Virus record (IMG/VR): IMGVR_UViG_3300030372_003811
Location: 1-63,301 of that record
DNA length: 63,301 bases
Reading direction: 5' to 3' (one strand)
DNA from: a virus
Taxonomy: Duplodnaviria; Caudoviricetes
Positions 46,853-56,182 of the stretch are shown in pieces. The translations under genes were made by a program, and so were the position numbers. The notes under the pieces are model-generated. The model saw only the letters and a list, made by a program, of their open reading frames with translations, did not search any database and was not told the DNA's origin. How positions within the stretch are numbered: the stretch's first letter is position 1; each line of letters begins with the position of its first letter.

Positions 46853-47236
46853 ATGTGGTTAAGTGCAATTAAGCTAGCGGTATCTGCAGGAAGTAAAATT
46901 TATGCCAATCGTCAAAAGACGAAGATGGCAATGTCGGATGCACAATTGATGCATGCCGAGCGACAAGCGCGTGGTGAGGAAGCTTACCAAGGCAAACTTT
47001 TAGAAGCCCGTCAAAACGACTACAAAGACGAGGTGGTCCTCGCGATTCTCACGTTGCCCATTTTGGTGCTCGCATATGGGGTCTGGTCGGACGATCCGGC
47101 AGCTATGGAAAAGATAAAAATGTTTTTTGACCACTTCCAGGCACTGCCGACATGGTTTACAAATTTATGGATCCTTGTATGTGCGTCAATTTTTGGTATA
47201 AAGGGTACACAGATTTTCAGAAATGGAAAAAAATAA
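46853..47236 (+). CDS. Putative 3TM holin-like membrane protein
   Basis: YKDEVVLAILTLPILV, LPTWF, ASIFGIKG. Confidence 0.65.
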   Translation: MWLSAIKLAVSAGSKIYANRQKTKMAMSDAQLMHAERQARGEEAYQGKLLEARQNDYKDEVVLAILTLPILVLAYGVWSDDPAAMEKIKMFFDHFQALPTWFTNLWILVCASIFGIKGTQIFRNGKK

Positions 47237-47248
47237 ACGGAGAAAAAT

Positions 47249-47473
47249 ATGAGAAAAAATGGAGTAAGAAACGGGTACAGATTTCCATACGGAAGTGATG
47301 GAATGAAGAAAGGAGGAAGTGTGAAGAAACAAGGCTATAAAGATAGAAAAGATGAATCTATTGCTATGAGAATCAGAAAGAAAAGAACTAAGAAACAACT
47401 TAGAGCTTCTGCTGATGAGTCTTATGGAAAATGGGGTTCTAAAATGAAGAAAAAAGGAAAGATAAATAGGTAA
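47249..47473 (+). CDS. Small basic protein
   Basis: MKKGGSVKKQGYKDRKDES. Confidence 0.7.
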   Translation: MRKNGVRNGYRFPYGSDGMKKGGSVKKQGYKDRKDESIAMRIRKKRTKKQLRASADESYGKWGSKMKKKGKINR

Positions 47474-47478
47474 TAAAT

Positions 47479-47661
47479 ATGAACAGAGGTAGAAAAAACT
47501 TACTAGAAGAACTAGGTAGAGTTGAAGCGGAATCTTCTAACAGAAATAGAAGAGACGAGATTGGTAGAATCCATGGTGAACTTAACAAAGGCTACAAAAA
47601 AGGTGGTCATGTTAAATCTATGGGTAAAGCTAAAAGAGGTGGCGGAATCGCAATTAGATAA
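47479..47661 (+). CDS. Small basic protein
   Basis: NLLEELGRVEAE; YKKGG. Confidence 0.7.
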   Translation: MNRGRKNLLEELGRVEAESSNRNRRDEIGRIHGELNKGYKKGGHVKSMGKAKRGGGIAIR

Positions 47662-47963
47662 TGCCACAATTTTTTAATTCTACATCACCTACACCTTGGA
47701 AAACTGCTAGACGTGAATACAGAGGCGGTGGAGTTGTCAAAGATGGCAAAGGTATGGGTGTTGCTTTAAAAGCTGGTGGGTCAACAGATAAAAAATGGAT
47801 CCAAAAAGCAAATATTAAAAAAGGTGCTTTAAGATCTCAAATGGGAATTAAAAAAGGTAAAAAAATTCCTGTGTCTAAATTAAAGGCTGCTGCTAAAAAA
47901 GGTGGCAAATTAGGTCGAAGAGCAAACCTAGCTTTAACTTTTAGAAAAATGAGAAAAAAATAA
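47661..47963 (+). CDS. Small basic protein
   Basis: WIQKA.IKKGAL...G.RANLALTF. Confidence 0.75.
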   Translation: MPQFFNSTSPTPWKTARREYRGGGVVKDGKGMGVALKAGGSTDKKWIQKANIKKGALRSQMGIKKGKKIPVSKLKAAAKKGGKLGRRANLALTFRKMRKK

Positions 47964-48118
47964 TGAACAAACTAAAGGCCCTATACTATAAACTTGTTGA
48001 TAAAATCTTTGGTAAAAGATGTGGATGTGGTGATGTCAAACAAGTTAAAATTCACGAAGGACAAAAAACTCGTGTAGGGACTGTTTGTATTACATGCGGA
48101 AAAGAAGTTTTAGCATAA
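47963..48118 (+). CDS. Small Cys-motif protein, 51 aa (not in ORF track)
   Basis: CGC...CITCG; TAATG coupling. Confidence 0.55.
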   Translation: MNKLKALYYKLVDKIFGKRCGCGDVKQVKIHEGQKTRVGTVCITCGKEVLA

Positions 48119-48136
48119 ATTTAGGTAGAGGAGAGA

Positions 48137-48262
48137 ATGCCGTTTAAATCCGAGAAACAAAGACGTTATCTTTGGAAAAATAATCCTAAACTTGCAAGAG
48201 AATGGGAAGAAAGATATGGCAGTAAAACAAAAAAGAAAAAAAGGAAGAAGAGGAAAAAATAA
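48137..48262 (+). CDS. Small basic protein, 41 aa (not in ORF track)
   Basis: MPFKSEKQRRYLW; GAGGAG RBS. Confidence 0.7.
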   Translation: MPFKSEKQRRYLWKNNPKLAREWEERYGSKTKKKKRKKRKK

Positions 48263-48522
48263 TGGATGATCCATTAATCATAATAAGTAAAACACAAAAA
48301 AGTCTACAAGGAAGATTACAACAAATTGGAGACGCTATCTTAACCGGTGGGGTTGACAATATGGAGAAATATAAGTATCTAGTAGGACAGGCACATGCCA
48401 TACAATTAACATTACAGGATATCTCTAACCTGCTAAACGATAAGGAGCAAAAAGATGAGTCAGGAACAGTCGTCGACATTGGACGAAAAACCAAAAACGG
48501 ACAAGGAAAGTCCAAAAATTAA
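48262..48522 (+). CDS. Conserved head-module protein
   Basis: GGVDNMEKYKYLVGQ. Confidence 0.7.
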   Translation: MDDPLIIISKTQKSLQGRLQQIGDAILTGGVDNMEKYKYLVGQAHAIQLTLQDISNLLNDKEQKDESGTVVDIGRKTKNGQGKSKN

Positions 48523-48937
48523 ACTAGCCTTAGAAGAAAAATATCAAGAAGAAAAAGAAAACGAAGCGGAACCTTTAAGCCCAGATAATTTAGGTTCTAA
48601 TTCTATTGAAGAATTACCCGAACCAGCCGGTTACAGAATTTTAGTTCTACCTTTTACACCAAAAAATAAAAGTAAAGGTGGAATATTATTTTCCCAAGAA
48701 ACTTTAGACAAAGCCAGAATATCTACCACTTGTGGATATGTTTTAAAGTTGGGAGATTTAGCATACAAGGACACTGAAAAATTTGTTGAGCCTTGGTGTA
48801 AACAAGGAGATTGGATTATCTTTGCTCGTTATGCGGGTTCAAGATTACCGATAGAAGGCGGTGAGGTGAGAATACTAAACGATGATGAAGTTTTAGGAAC
48901 TGTAAAAGATCCTGAATCACTTCTTCATTTAATATAA
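48455..48937 (+). CDS. groES: Co-chaperonin GroES-like protein
   Basis: PAGYRILV, SKGGIL, GDWIIFARYAG, RILNDDEVLG. Confidence 0.88.
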   Translation: MSQEQSSTLDEKPKTDKESPKIKLALEEKYQEEKENEAEPLSPDNLGSNSIEELPEPAGYRILVLPFTPKNKSKGGILFSQETLDKARISTTCGYVLKLGDLAYKDTEKFVEPWCKQGDWIIFARYAGSRLPIEGGEVRILNDDEVLGTVKDPESLLHLI

Positions 48938-48952
48938 ACATAGGAAGGAACT

Positions 48953-49945
48953 ATGCCAGAAGATAAAAAAAACGAAGACTTAATTGACGTTGGTGAAACA
49001 ACAGGAGCCGAAGTTAATTTTGATGATAAAGGTGAACCGGTAAAACAAGAGGAAGTCAAGGAAGAGATCGAAGTTGAAAAAGTTGAAGCCCCTGCGGATA
49101 AGACTTATGAAAACGAAAGAGAAACTAAACTTGAAAAAAAAGTTGAACCTAAAAAAGAAGAAGAGAAAGACGAGTTAAAAGAATATAGTGAAGGAGTTCA
49201 AAAAAGAATTGCTAAACTAACTCGTAAAATGAGAGAAGCAGAAAGACAGCGAGAAGAAGCTGTTACTTATGCTCAATCTATAAAACAACAAAAAGATCAA
49301 GCAGAAAATAGATTATCTAGATTAGATAAAAACTATGTTAGTGAATTTGATAACAGAGTTAAGACAAGTATGGCAGCAGCTAAACTTGCTCTTAAAAATG
49401 CAATTGAATCACAAGACGTTGAAGCACAAATAGCAGCACAAGAACAGTTAGCGAATTTAACTGTAGAAGCAGCTAGAGTTAATGCTTTAAAAGCTGTTGG
49501 AGAACAAGAAACTTCTAAAGAAAAAGAAGTTAATATTACTCCTCAACAGCATATGCAACGTCCTACACCACAAACGGACCCTAAAGCTGAAGGATGGGCT
49601 ATAAAGAATCCGTGGTTTGGTAATGACACTGCAATGACCTATACAGCTTTTGAAATACATAAAAAGCTTGTAGAAGAAGAAGGTTATGATCCTAAATCAG
49701 ACGAATATTATGATGAAGTTGACTCAAGAATAAGGGTTGAATTCCCCCATAAATTTGATAAGATAGAAGGTCAAACTACAGAAAGAACAAAACCTGTTCA
49801 AAATGTAGCCTCAGCTAAACGTTCTAGCTCAACAGGACGCAAAAAAACTGTGAGACTCTCGCCATCACAGGTAGCAATTGCTAAAAGAATTGGCGTGCCA
49901 CTCGAAGAGTATGCGAAACAACTAAATATCACGGAAGGAGCATAA
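48953..49945 (+). CDS. Capsid scaffolding protein
   Basis: Acidic N-terminus, long coiled coil, upstream of the capsid genes. Confidence 0.7.
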   Translation: MPEDKKNEDLIDVGETTGAEVNFDDKGEPVKQEEVKEEIEVEKVEAPADKTYENERETKLEKKVEPKKEEEKDELKEYSEGVQKRIAKLTRKMREAERQREEAVTYAQSIKQQKDQAENRLSRLDKNYVSEFDNRVKTSMAAAKLALKNAIESQDVEAQIAAQEQLANLTVEAARVNALKAVGEQETSKEKEVNITPQQHMQRPTPQTDPKAEGWAIKNPWFGNDTAMTYTAFEIHKKLVEEEGYDPKSDEYYDEVDSRIRVEFPHKFDKIEGQTTERTKPVQNVASAKRSSSTGRKKTVRLSPSQVAIAKRIGVPLEEYAKQLNITEGA

Positions 49946-49949
49946 GCAT

Positions 49950-50411
49950 ATGGAAAATGAAAAAATGAAAACTTCTCGTGCGAGTCAAACTAGAGCTAAA
50001 GCAGCTAAAAAAGTAGTATGGACTCCACCCTCATCACTTGATGCACCACCTGCGCCAGCCGGTTATAGGCATAGATGGATAAGAGTTGAAGTTCTCGGAT
50101 TTGATGACACTAAAAACGTTTCAGGAAAATTACGAGAAGGATGGGAATTAGTCAGAGGTGACGAATACCCAGGTCAAGATTATCCAGTTATGAAAGAAGG
50201 CAAATACGCAGGCGTCATTGGAGTAGGAGGCCTTGTGCTGGCAAGGATAGCCGAAGAAATCGCGCAAGCTCGGGAAGCTTATTTTGCGAAAGCAACTAAA
50301 GACCGAGACGAAGCCATTAACAACGATCTTCTTAAGGAACAGCACCCAAGTATGCCGATCAATAGTGAAAGGCAAACTCGTGTAACTTTTGGTGGTACAA
50401 AGAAAAACTAA
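49950..50411 (+). CDS. Conserved head-module protein
   Basis: WTPPSSLDAPPAPAGYRHRWIR. Confidence 0.75.
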   Translation: MENEKMKTSRASQTRAKAAKKVVWTPPSSLDAPPAPAGYRHRWIRVEVLGFDDTKNVSGKLREGWELVRGDEYPGQDYPVMKEGKYAGVIGVGGLVLARIAEEIAQAREAYFAKATKDRDEAINNDLLKEQHPSMPINSERQTRVTFGGTKKN

Positions 50412-50497
50412 ATTTATTTAGTAATTCCTACCCAACAAAATAACTTAACCGTACTGGAGGCCCTTTGCGGGGCAGGTACATATAGGAGAAAACAACT

Positions 50498-51187
50498 ATG
50501 GCAAACACAAGCACAACTGGTTATGGTTTTAGATCTGTAATGGCAATTGGAAGTACTCCAGCCACTCAAGGTCAAGCTGAGTACCAGTTATATGATGCTG
50601 GCGGCGGAGCGTTTAACAAATTTTGGAAAAACGATCCGGTTTCATTAAATGATGGAACTTCAGTTGCAGCGGAGCAAGGCTTTTTACAAAGTGCAGCTTA
50701 TGCAACAACTGATGACAGCAGAGCAGGTGGAAATTCTTACAATTCAGCAGGAACTTCACCTAAATTAGTGGGTGTATTCAATGGAGCTTTTTATGTAGAT
50801 GCGTCTACATCTAAGCCTACATGGGTAAACGCACTTAACTCAGGAACCGATTTCGGTACTGATTACAACACAGGATCAAGCAACGGTATAGCTTTTGTTA
50901 TTGATAATCCTAACCAGGAATATCAATGCAGAACAGGAGCAGTAGCAACTACAACTACACTTACTCAAGCTGATTTTGGTAATAGATACAACTGTAGTAA
51001 CCAAGGAAGTACTGGTACAGGCGGTCAATCTGACGTTAGATTAGATGTAGATACAGCAGATGCTGCTGGAAATATGTTTAGTCTTGTTAGATCAGCTAAT
51101 GAGCCTAATCAAACTGACATGACTGACGTCAATGGTGGCGTCGACGTGATAGTTGCGATTAATCCAGCTTCTAACTTGTACAAGTAA
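50498..51187 (+). CDS. Capsid decoration/minor capsid protein
   Basis: MAN....GFR, VGVFNG, V.DNPN; directly before the MCP. Confidence 0.65.
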   Translation: MANTSTTGYGFRSVMAIGSTPATQGQAEYQLYDAGGGAFNKFWKNDPVSLNDGTSVAAEQGFLQSAAYATTDDSRAGGNSYNSAGTSPKLVGVFNGAFYVDASTSKPTWVNALNSGTDFGTDYNTGSSNGIAFVIDNPNQEYQCRTGAVATTTTLTQADFGNRYNCSNQGSTGTGGQSDVRLDVDTADAAGNMFSLVRSANEPNQTDMTDVNGGVDVIVAINPASNLYK

Positions 51188-51209
51188 TAGAATAAGGAGA
51201 TAAACAACT

Positions 51210-52115
51210 ATGGCAATATCACGAGCACAGCTAGTCAAAGAACTAGAACCAGGTTTGAATGCTTTATTCGGACTTGAATACAAAAACTACGCAGACGAAG
51301 CAGCGGAAATTTTCGATACAGAATCATCAGACAGAGCTTTTGAAGAAGAAGTAATGTTATCTGGATTTGGAAATGCAGCTGTTAAACCTGAAGGTCAAGG
51401 CGTATCATTTGATGATGCACAAGAGACTTTCACTGCTAGATACACTAACGAAACGATTGCATTAGCATTCGCGATTACAGAAGAAGCTATCGAAGATAAC
51501 TTGTATGACAGACTTGCGTCTAGATATACAAAAGCGTTAGCAAGATCTATGGCGAACACTAAGCAGATCAAAGGCGCAGCAGTATTGAACAATGGTTTCA
51601 ATGCAACATATGCAGGCGGAGACGGAGTAGCATTATTTTCTACTGCGCACCCTACATTAGCTGGAACTTTTTCAAATACGTTAGCGACTGCAGCAGATCT
51701 TAACGAGACTTCATTAGAACAATCGTTAATTGACATTGCAGCGTTCACTGATGAAAGAGGACTAAAAATTGCAGCTAGAGGAACAAAATTAGTAATTCCT
51801 TCTAACTTACAATTTACTGCTGACAGACTGTTAAATACTCAAGGTAGAGTAGGCACAGCTGACAATGATATCAACGCGATCAAAAATATGGGAATGATTC
51901 CACAAGGTTATACTGTGAACCATTACCTAACTGACACTGATGCGTTTTTCATTAAAACAGATGTACCAAATGGTCTTAAGCATTTCATGAGAACACCTAT
52001 CAAGACGACTATGGAAGGTGACTTTGATACTGGCAACGTTAGATACAAAGCTAGAGAGAGATACGTTTTCGGATTCTCTGATCCTAGAGGTGTATTTGGC
52101 TCACCAGGAGCGTAA
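51210..52115 (+). CDS. Major capsid protein
   Basis: MAISRAQLVKELEPGLNALFG...DFDTGNVRYKARERY.FG.SDPRG. Confidence 0.92.
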   Translation: MAISRAQLVKELEPGLNALFGLEYKNYADEAAEIFDTESSDRAFEEEVMLSGFGNAAVKPEGQGVSFDDAQETFTARYTNETIALAFAITEEAIEDNLYDRLASRYTKALARSMANTKQIKGAAVLNNGFNATYAGGDGVALFSTAHPTLAGTFSNTLATAADLNETSLEQSLIDIAAFTDERGLKIAARGTKLVIPSNLQFTADRLLNTQGRVGTADNDINAIKNMGMIPQGYTVNHYLTDTDAFFIKTDVPNGLKHFMRTPIKTTMEGDFDTGNVRYKARERYVFGFSDPRGVFGSPGA

Positions 52116-52128
52116 TAAATAATTAATT

Positions 52129-52158
52129 AGGGGCCGAACACAATTCGGCCCCTTTTTT
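52129..52158 (+). terminator. Rho-independent terminator after the MCP
   Basis: AGGGGCCGAA-CACAA-TTCGGCCCCT followed by a T-run. Confidence 0.85.
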
Positions 52159-52174
52159 ATGAAAAGGTAAGAGA

Positions 52175-52426
52175 ATGAGAAAATTCCTAGTACAAATCAA
52201 TGCATATCAATATCATGCCAAATTTGAAGTTATGGCAGATGATAACGTTGAATCTATTGAAAATTCAATAGTTGACAAACTGGGAGAAAAAGGTGTAAAA
52301 TGGGAATATCTTGGAGAAATGATGGATCCCAAGATAAAACGAATAACCTATGAGGAGGTTGTTGATGGTACACGACCTGTACAAACAAAAACGGTCCTTG
52401 GAGTTGAAGTGGCAGTTGGAGTATGA
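52175..52426 (+). CDS. Hypothetical protein
   Basis: ORF after the terminator. Confidence 0.6.
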   Translation: MRKFLVQINAYQYHAKFEVMADDNVESIENSIVDKLGEKGVKWEYLGEMMDPKIKRITYEEVVDGTRPVQTKTVLGVEVAVGV

Positions 52427-52574
52427 GCAAGAAGGCAAATATACTCTAGACATGGTCAGAATTGATAACGCTATTAGAGATGTTATTACTGAGATTAAAC
52501 TCGAAGAATCGAAAATTGCAGATAGACAAAATGCAATTGATAGTGCGGCAGCACAAGTTTCTGTAGCTACTTAA
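52365..52574 (+). CDS. Hypothetical coiled-coil protein
   Basis: ATG at 52365 after GAGGAGG. Confidence 0.65.
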   Translation: MVHDLYKQKRSLELKWQLEYEQEGKYTLDMVRIDNAIRDVITEIKLEESKIADRQNAIDSAAAQVSVAT

Positions 52575-52615
52575 AAGTTACAGCGCTAAAATCGTACTTT
52601 TATCCTAAGGATCTC

Positions 52616-52644
52616 TTGCACTCTACTAAAATCTCATATATAAT
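52616..52644 (+). promoter_or_regulatory. Sigma70 promoter
   Basis: TTGCAC-17-TATAAT. Confidence 0.75.
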
Positions 52645-52739
52645 TTAATCACTATACAATTTTTAATTGTTGAATGTAGACGCGTATAGTCGACGGCCTA
52701 GAGACTACGTTCACACTAACTAGGAAAAGGAGAAAAATT

Positions 52740-53732
52740 ATGGCAAAAACAAACTTTTCTGGTCCGATAACTTCGGGTAATATCAGAAATACAACAGGAA
52801 CAACAGTAAGTACTAATGTAAGAAACGTTGGCTTTACAGAAGTAAGTCAGACGTTTCCAGTTGATTACTCTATGTTTACTTTTGATGACGATTCATTAGT
52901 AACAACAGCTGGTGGTGGAGCAGCAGGAACTACAGCAGGAACACTTACTCAAGTTCAAAACTATGTAATGCCGAATTCATACGGCGGAGTTTATGGTGCA
53001 GCACTTGTATCAATCAACTCTTCAGCTAATGATTCAGGTATTACGTTTACAATCACAGGAACTGACGTCAATGGTGCTACTCAAACTGAGGGAGCTATCA
53101 CAGGACCAAATACAACTACTGTACAAAGTACTTTATGTTACCAAACAGTAACTTCAATTGTTACAAGTGGTACTTTAACAGGTAATGTTAAAATTGGTTA
53201 TGATGGAGCAGTAGTAACTACAAAAGCATATTGGCCTTTAAGATCTAACTTCAACGTTGATCCTCAAGGACAAACAGCTACATCTGTTAACAGCGGTGAA
53301 TTGGTTGATGCAGCTAACTTAGCTAATAATATTGTAATTCCAAAAAATTCAAGAGTTACATATATCAGAGGTATCATACCAGCTAACTTAGTCTTTGACT
53401 TTGCAGGAGCTACAACTTTTGGTTTTGGAACTACTTCATTCAATAACGCTGGAACTACTGAAATTGATGAAGATTACTTCTCACTATCTGCAACAGCAAA
53501 TGCTAAATCAGCTGCTTTTTATGACACGTTAACTGACTTTGGAAACGTTTCTGCAGCTATGTATACAAATCACTTAAATGTGAGTAATGCAGACTCAGGA
53601 AGTGGAACATCGTCTGGCGAGATTGATAAAGAAGTTATGTTAGTAATGAACATTGCAAACGGCGCAACTGCTACGGCAGGTGAAATGCTTGTGGTTGTAA
53701 ATTACTTACAACAAGTAAACACAACTAACTAA
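52740..53732 (+). CDS. Virion structural protein
   Basis: MAKTNFSGPI N-terminus; Thr/Gly-rich beta domains. Confidence 0.7.
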   Translation: MAKTNFSGPITSGNIRNTTGTTVSTNVRNVGFTEVSQTFPVDYSMFTFDDDSLVTTAGGGAAGTTAGTLTQVQNYVMPNSYGGVYGAALVSINSSANDSGITFTITGTDVNGATQTEGAITGPNTTTVQSTLCYQTVTSIVTSGTLTGNVKIGYDGAVVTTKAYWPLRSNFNVDPQGQTATSVNSGELVDAANLANNIVIPKNSRVTYIRGIIPANLVFDFAGATTFGFGTTSFNNAGTTEIDEDYFSLSATANAKSAAFYDTLTDFGNVSAAMYTNHLNVSNADSGSGTSSGEIDKEVMLVMNIANGATATAGEMLVVVNYLQQVNTTN

Positions 53733-53739
53733 TAAATTC

Positions 53740-53765
53740 TTCTTAGGCCCTTCGGGGCCTAAGAA
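53740..53765. terminator. UUCG-loop hairpin (terminator or stabiliser)
   Basis: TTCTTAGGCCC-TTCG-GGGCCTAAGAA. Confidence 0.7.
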
Positions 53766-53791
53766 ATAATATTAAATAGGAGAAAATAAAT

Positions 53792-54448
53792 ATGCCAAAT
53801 CAATCTTATGTAGCAGCCAAGATGTTTAAAGCTGTAACTGCAGATGTCGATGCGATTTGTAAAGCGCAAACTACTTCAGGAGCGGCTGATTTAACTTTAG
53901 ATGGTGATAGAGTTGGTGCTGGTTTTGAAGCTAGTGGAGCAGCAAATGATGGCTCTAACATGTCTACAACGGTTACAATCAAATCGGGTGGTTCAGATGA
54001 ATCTGGAGATACTTTTACTATTACAGGAACTGATTCTTCAGGAAATGCAGATAGTGAAAATATTGCAGGTCCAGGAGCTGGTTTAACAGTTACTACAACT
54101 AAAGATTTTTTAACTGTAACTGGTGTTTCAGTAGATGGTGCTTTAACAGGAAATGTTGAAGTAGGTTTTACAGCAACTAGCACGACAAAAGGTATTGTCT
54201 TTGCAGGTCCAACAAGAATTAGAGGAATGCATGGAGTTAGTCTGGCTGCAACAGCAGCAGCTGCAATTTTCAGAAATACATCTCAAACAGGAACAAAAAT
54301 TGTAGAGATGGATTCACCAGCAGTCGCTGGAATGATGGATCCATATATTCCTGATAATGGATGTTATTTTGACGCTGGAGCGTTTGTAGATATCAGTGCA
54401 GGTTTTGACAGTTTAACAGTATTTTACGACGGTCCAAACCCAAGTTAG
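53792..54448 (+). CDS. Virion structural protein
   Basis: Shares the TFTITGTD domain with 52740. Confidence 0.7.
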   Translation: MPNQSYVAAKMFKAVTADVDAICKAQTTSGAADLTLDGDRVGAGFEASGAANDGSNMSTTVTIKSGGSDESGDTFTITGTDSSGNADSENIAGPGAGLTVTTTKDFLTVTGVSVDGALTGNVEVGFTATSTTKGIVFAGPTRIRGMHGVSLAATAAAAIFRNTSQTGTKIVEMDSPAVAGMMDPYIPDNGCYFDAGAFVDISAGFDSLTVFYDGPNPS

Positions 54449-54457
54449 GAAAATTAA

Positions 54458-55561
54458 ATGGCGACTATAACTTATACAGTCACTGTCGCAACTGGTACCA
54501 ACTGGTTTAGTGCAGGGGCTAGCAAATATTTTATTAATGGAACTGTTAGTCCTGTATTAGAATTACAAGAAGGTAATACCTATGTATTTGATCAATCAGA
54601 TACTACTAATGGTCCACATCCTTTACGTTTTTCAATTGAACAAGACGGAACTCATAATGCTTCAGGTACAGGAGTTGCTTATACTGCAGGAGTAACAGTT
54701 ACAGGTTCACCTGGAACTGATGGAAAAACAACTATTGTAATTCCAGCAAATGTAGCTACTCCTACTTTATTTTATTATTGTACAGCTCACGCAGGAATGG
54801 GTAATGAAGCTAATACTATTTCTTCTACATCTCAAGCTACAGATTTATTTAATCCTCCAATTGATGACATTATTGAAGAAGCTTACGAAAGAACAAATAT
54901 AAGAGGAACTAGAACAGGTTATCAATTAAGATCAGCAAGACGTTCTTTAAATATAATGTTTCAAGAATGGGAAAATAGAGGGGTCCATTTATGGAAAGTA
55001 AAACTGGCTAAAGTTCCATTAGTGGAAGGACAGGCAGAATATAGTTATTCTACAGATTCATCAAATTTTCCAAGTGATTTAAGTTCGGTATTAGAAGCCT
55101 ATTATAGAAATAATTCTACTACAACAGATCCACAAGATATTGCATTAACTCAAATTAGTAGATCAACTTATAATGCAACCCCTAATAAATTAACAAAGGG
55201 AACTCCCTCTCAATTTTATGTAGAAAGAAAAATTAATCCAAGCATATATTTATATGCTACTCCAAGTGCTAGTGTATCAAGCACAACTACACCAAGTAGT
55301 TATCAATTTTGTTTTTATTATTTAGCAAAAATAGAAAATCCAGGGGCTTATACAAATACATCTGATATAGTAAATAGATTTTATCCATGTATGATGTCAG
55401 GTCTTGCTTATTATTTAAGTATGAAATTTTCTCCAGAAAGAACTCCAGAATTAGAAAGAATTTATGAAAGTGAAATGGTAAGAGCATTAGATGCTGATAA
55501 TCAAGGTACATCTACATATATTTCTCCAAAAACTTTCTATGGAGATGGAGTATTATCGTAA
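54458..55561 (+). CDS. Head-tail adaptor-like protein with N-terminal cupredoxin-like domain
   Basis: HPLRFS...YYCTAHAGMG; IEEAYER...SARRSLN...GLAYYLS. Confidence 0.65.
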   Translation: MATITYTVTVATGTNWFSAGASKYFINGTVSPVLELQEGNTYVFDQSDTTNGPHPLRFSIEQDGTHNASGTGVAYTAGVTVTGSPGTDGKTTIVIPANVATPTLFYYCTAHAGMGNEANTISSTSQATDLFNPPIDDIIEEAYERTNIRGTRTGYQLRSARRSLNIMFQEWENRGVHLWKVKLAKVPLVEGQAEYSYSTDSSNFPSDLSSVLEAYYRNNSTTTDPQDIALTQISRSTYNATPNKLTKGTPSQFYVERKINPSIYLYATPSASVSSTTTPSSYQFCFYYLAKIENPGAYTNTSDIVNRFYPCMMSGLAYYLSMKFSPERTPELERIYESEMVRALDADNQGTSTYISPKTFYGDGVLS

Positions 55562-56181
55562 TGGGAGTTTTTGCAAAAGGAAAACAAGCGCTAGCTATTT
55601 CAGATAGAAGTGGTTTAAGATTTCCATATACTGAAATGGTTAGAGAATGGAATGGAGCATTAGTTCATTATTCTGAATATGAACCTAAACAACCTCAATT
55701 GGAACCAAAACCAGTTGGTAATGATCCTCAGGCTTTACAAAATCCTAGAGTTCAAGCAGGAGATACTCCTCAATTAATTTTATTACAACCTGATCCGTTT
55801 GAAGTGGTTATTTCTGGACCCAACACTTATGTAAATGTTTATTCAATTGATCATCAAAGAAAAGCAAATGCAACTGTTAGATTAAGAGGTGCTCCTTTAG
55901 TTACTGGCCCAGGTACTGGCGGCGGTGATGCTTTAAATTTACAATCGTTTGCATCTATTCCACCAATTAATGGAGTAACAGATATTGATGCTGCAGCAGG
56001 TCATACTATTAGTTTAGGAAAAATAGACTCGACAGGTGCTGTAAGTAATAGTACAACAACAGATAGTTTAACAAGTCCAATAAATTATTTTTATTTCCAA
56101 AGTGGAGATACAGCCAGTGCTCCAGGCACAGGTGGCGGAAATAATTCTTCAGCTGGACCTGTAACATTAGGAGCATTATAA
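55561..56181 (+). CDS. Virion structural protein
   Basis: AISDRSGLRFPY, EYEPKQPQL. Confidence 0.65.
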   Translation: MGVFAKGKQALAISDRSGLRFPYTEMVREWNGALVHYSEYEPKQPQLEPKPVGNDPQALQNPRVQAGDTPQLILLQPDPFEVVISGPNTYVNVYSIDHQRKANATVRLRGAPLVTGPGTGGGDALNLQSFASIPPINGVTDIDAAAGHTISLGKIDSTGAVSNSTTTDSLTSPINYFYFQSGDTASAPGTGGGNNSSAGPVTLGAL

Positions 56182-56182
56182 G

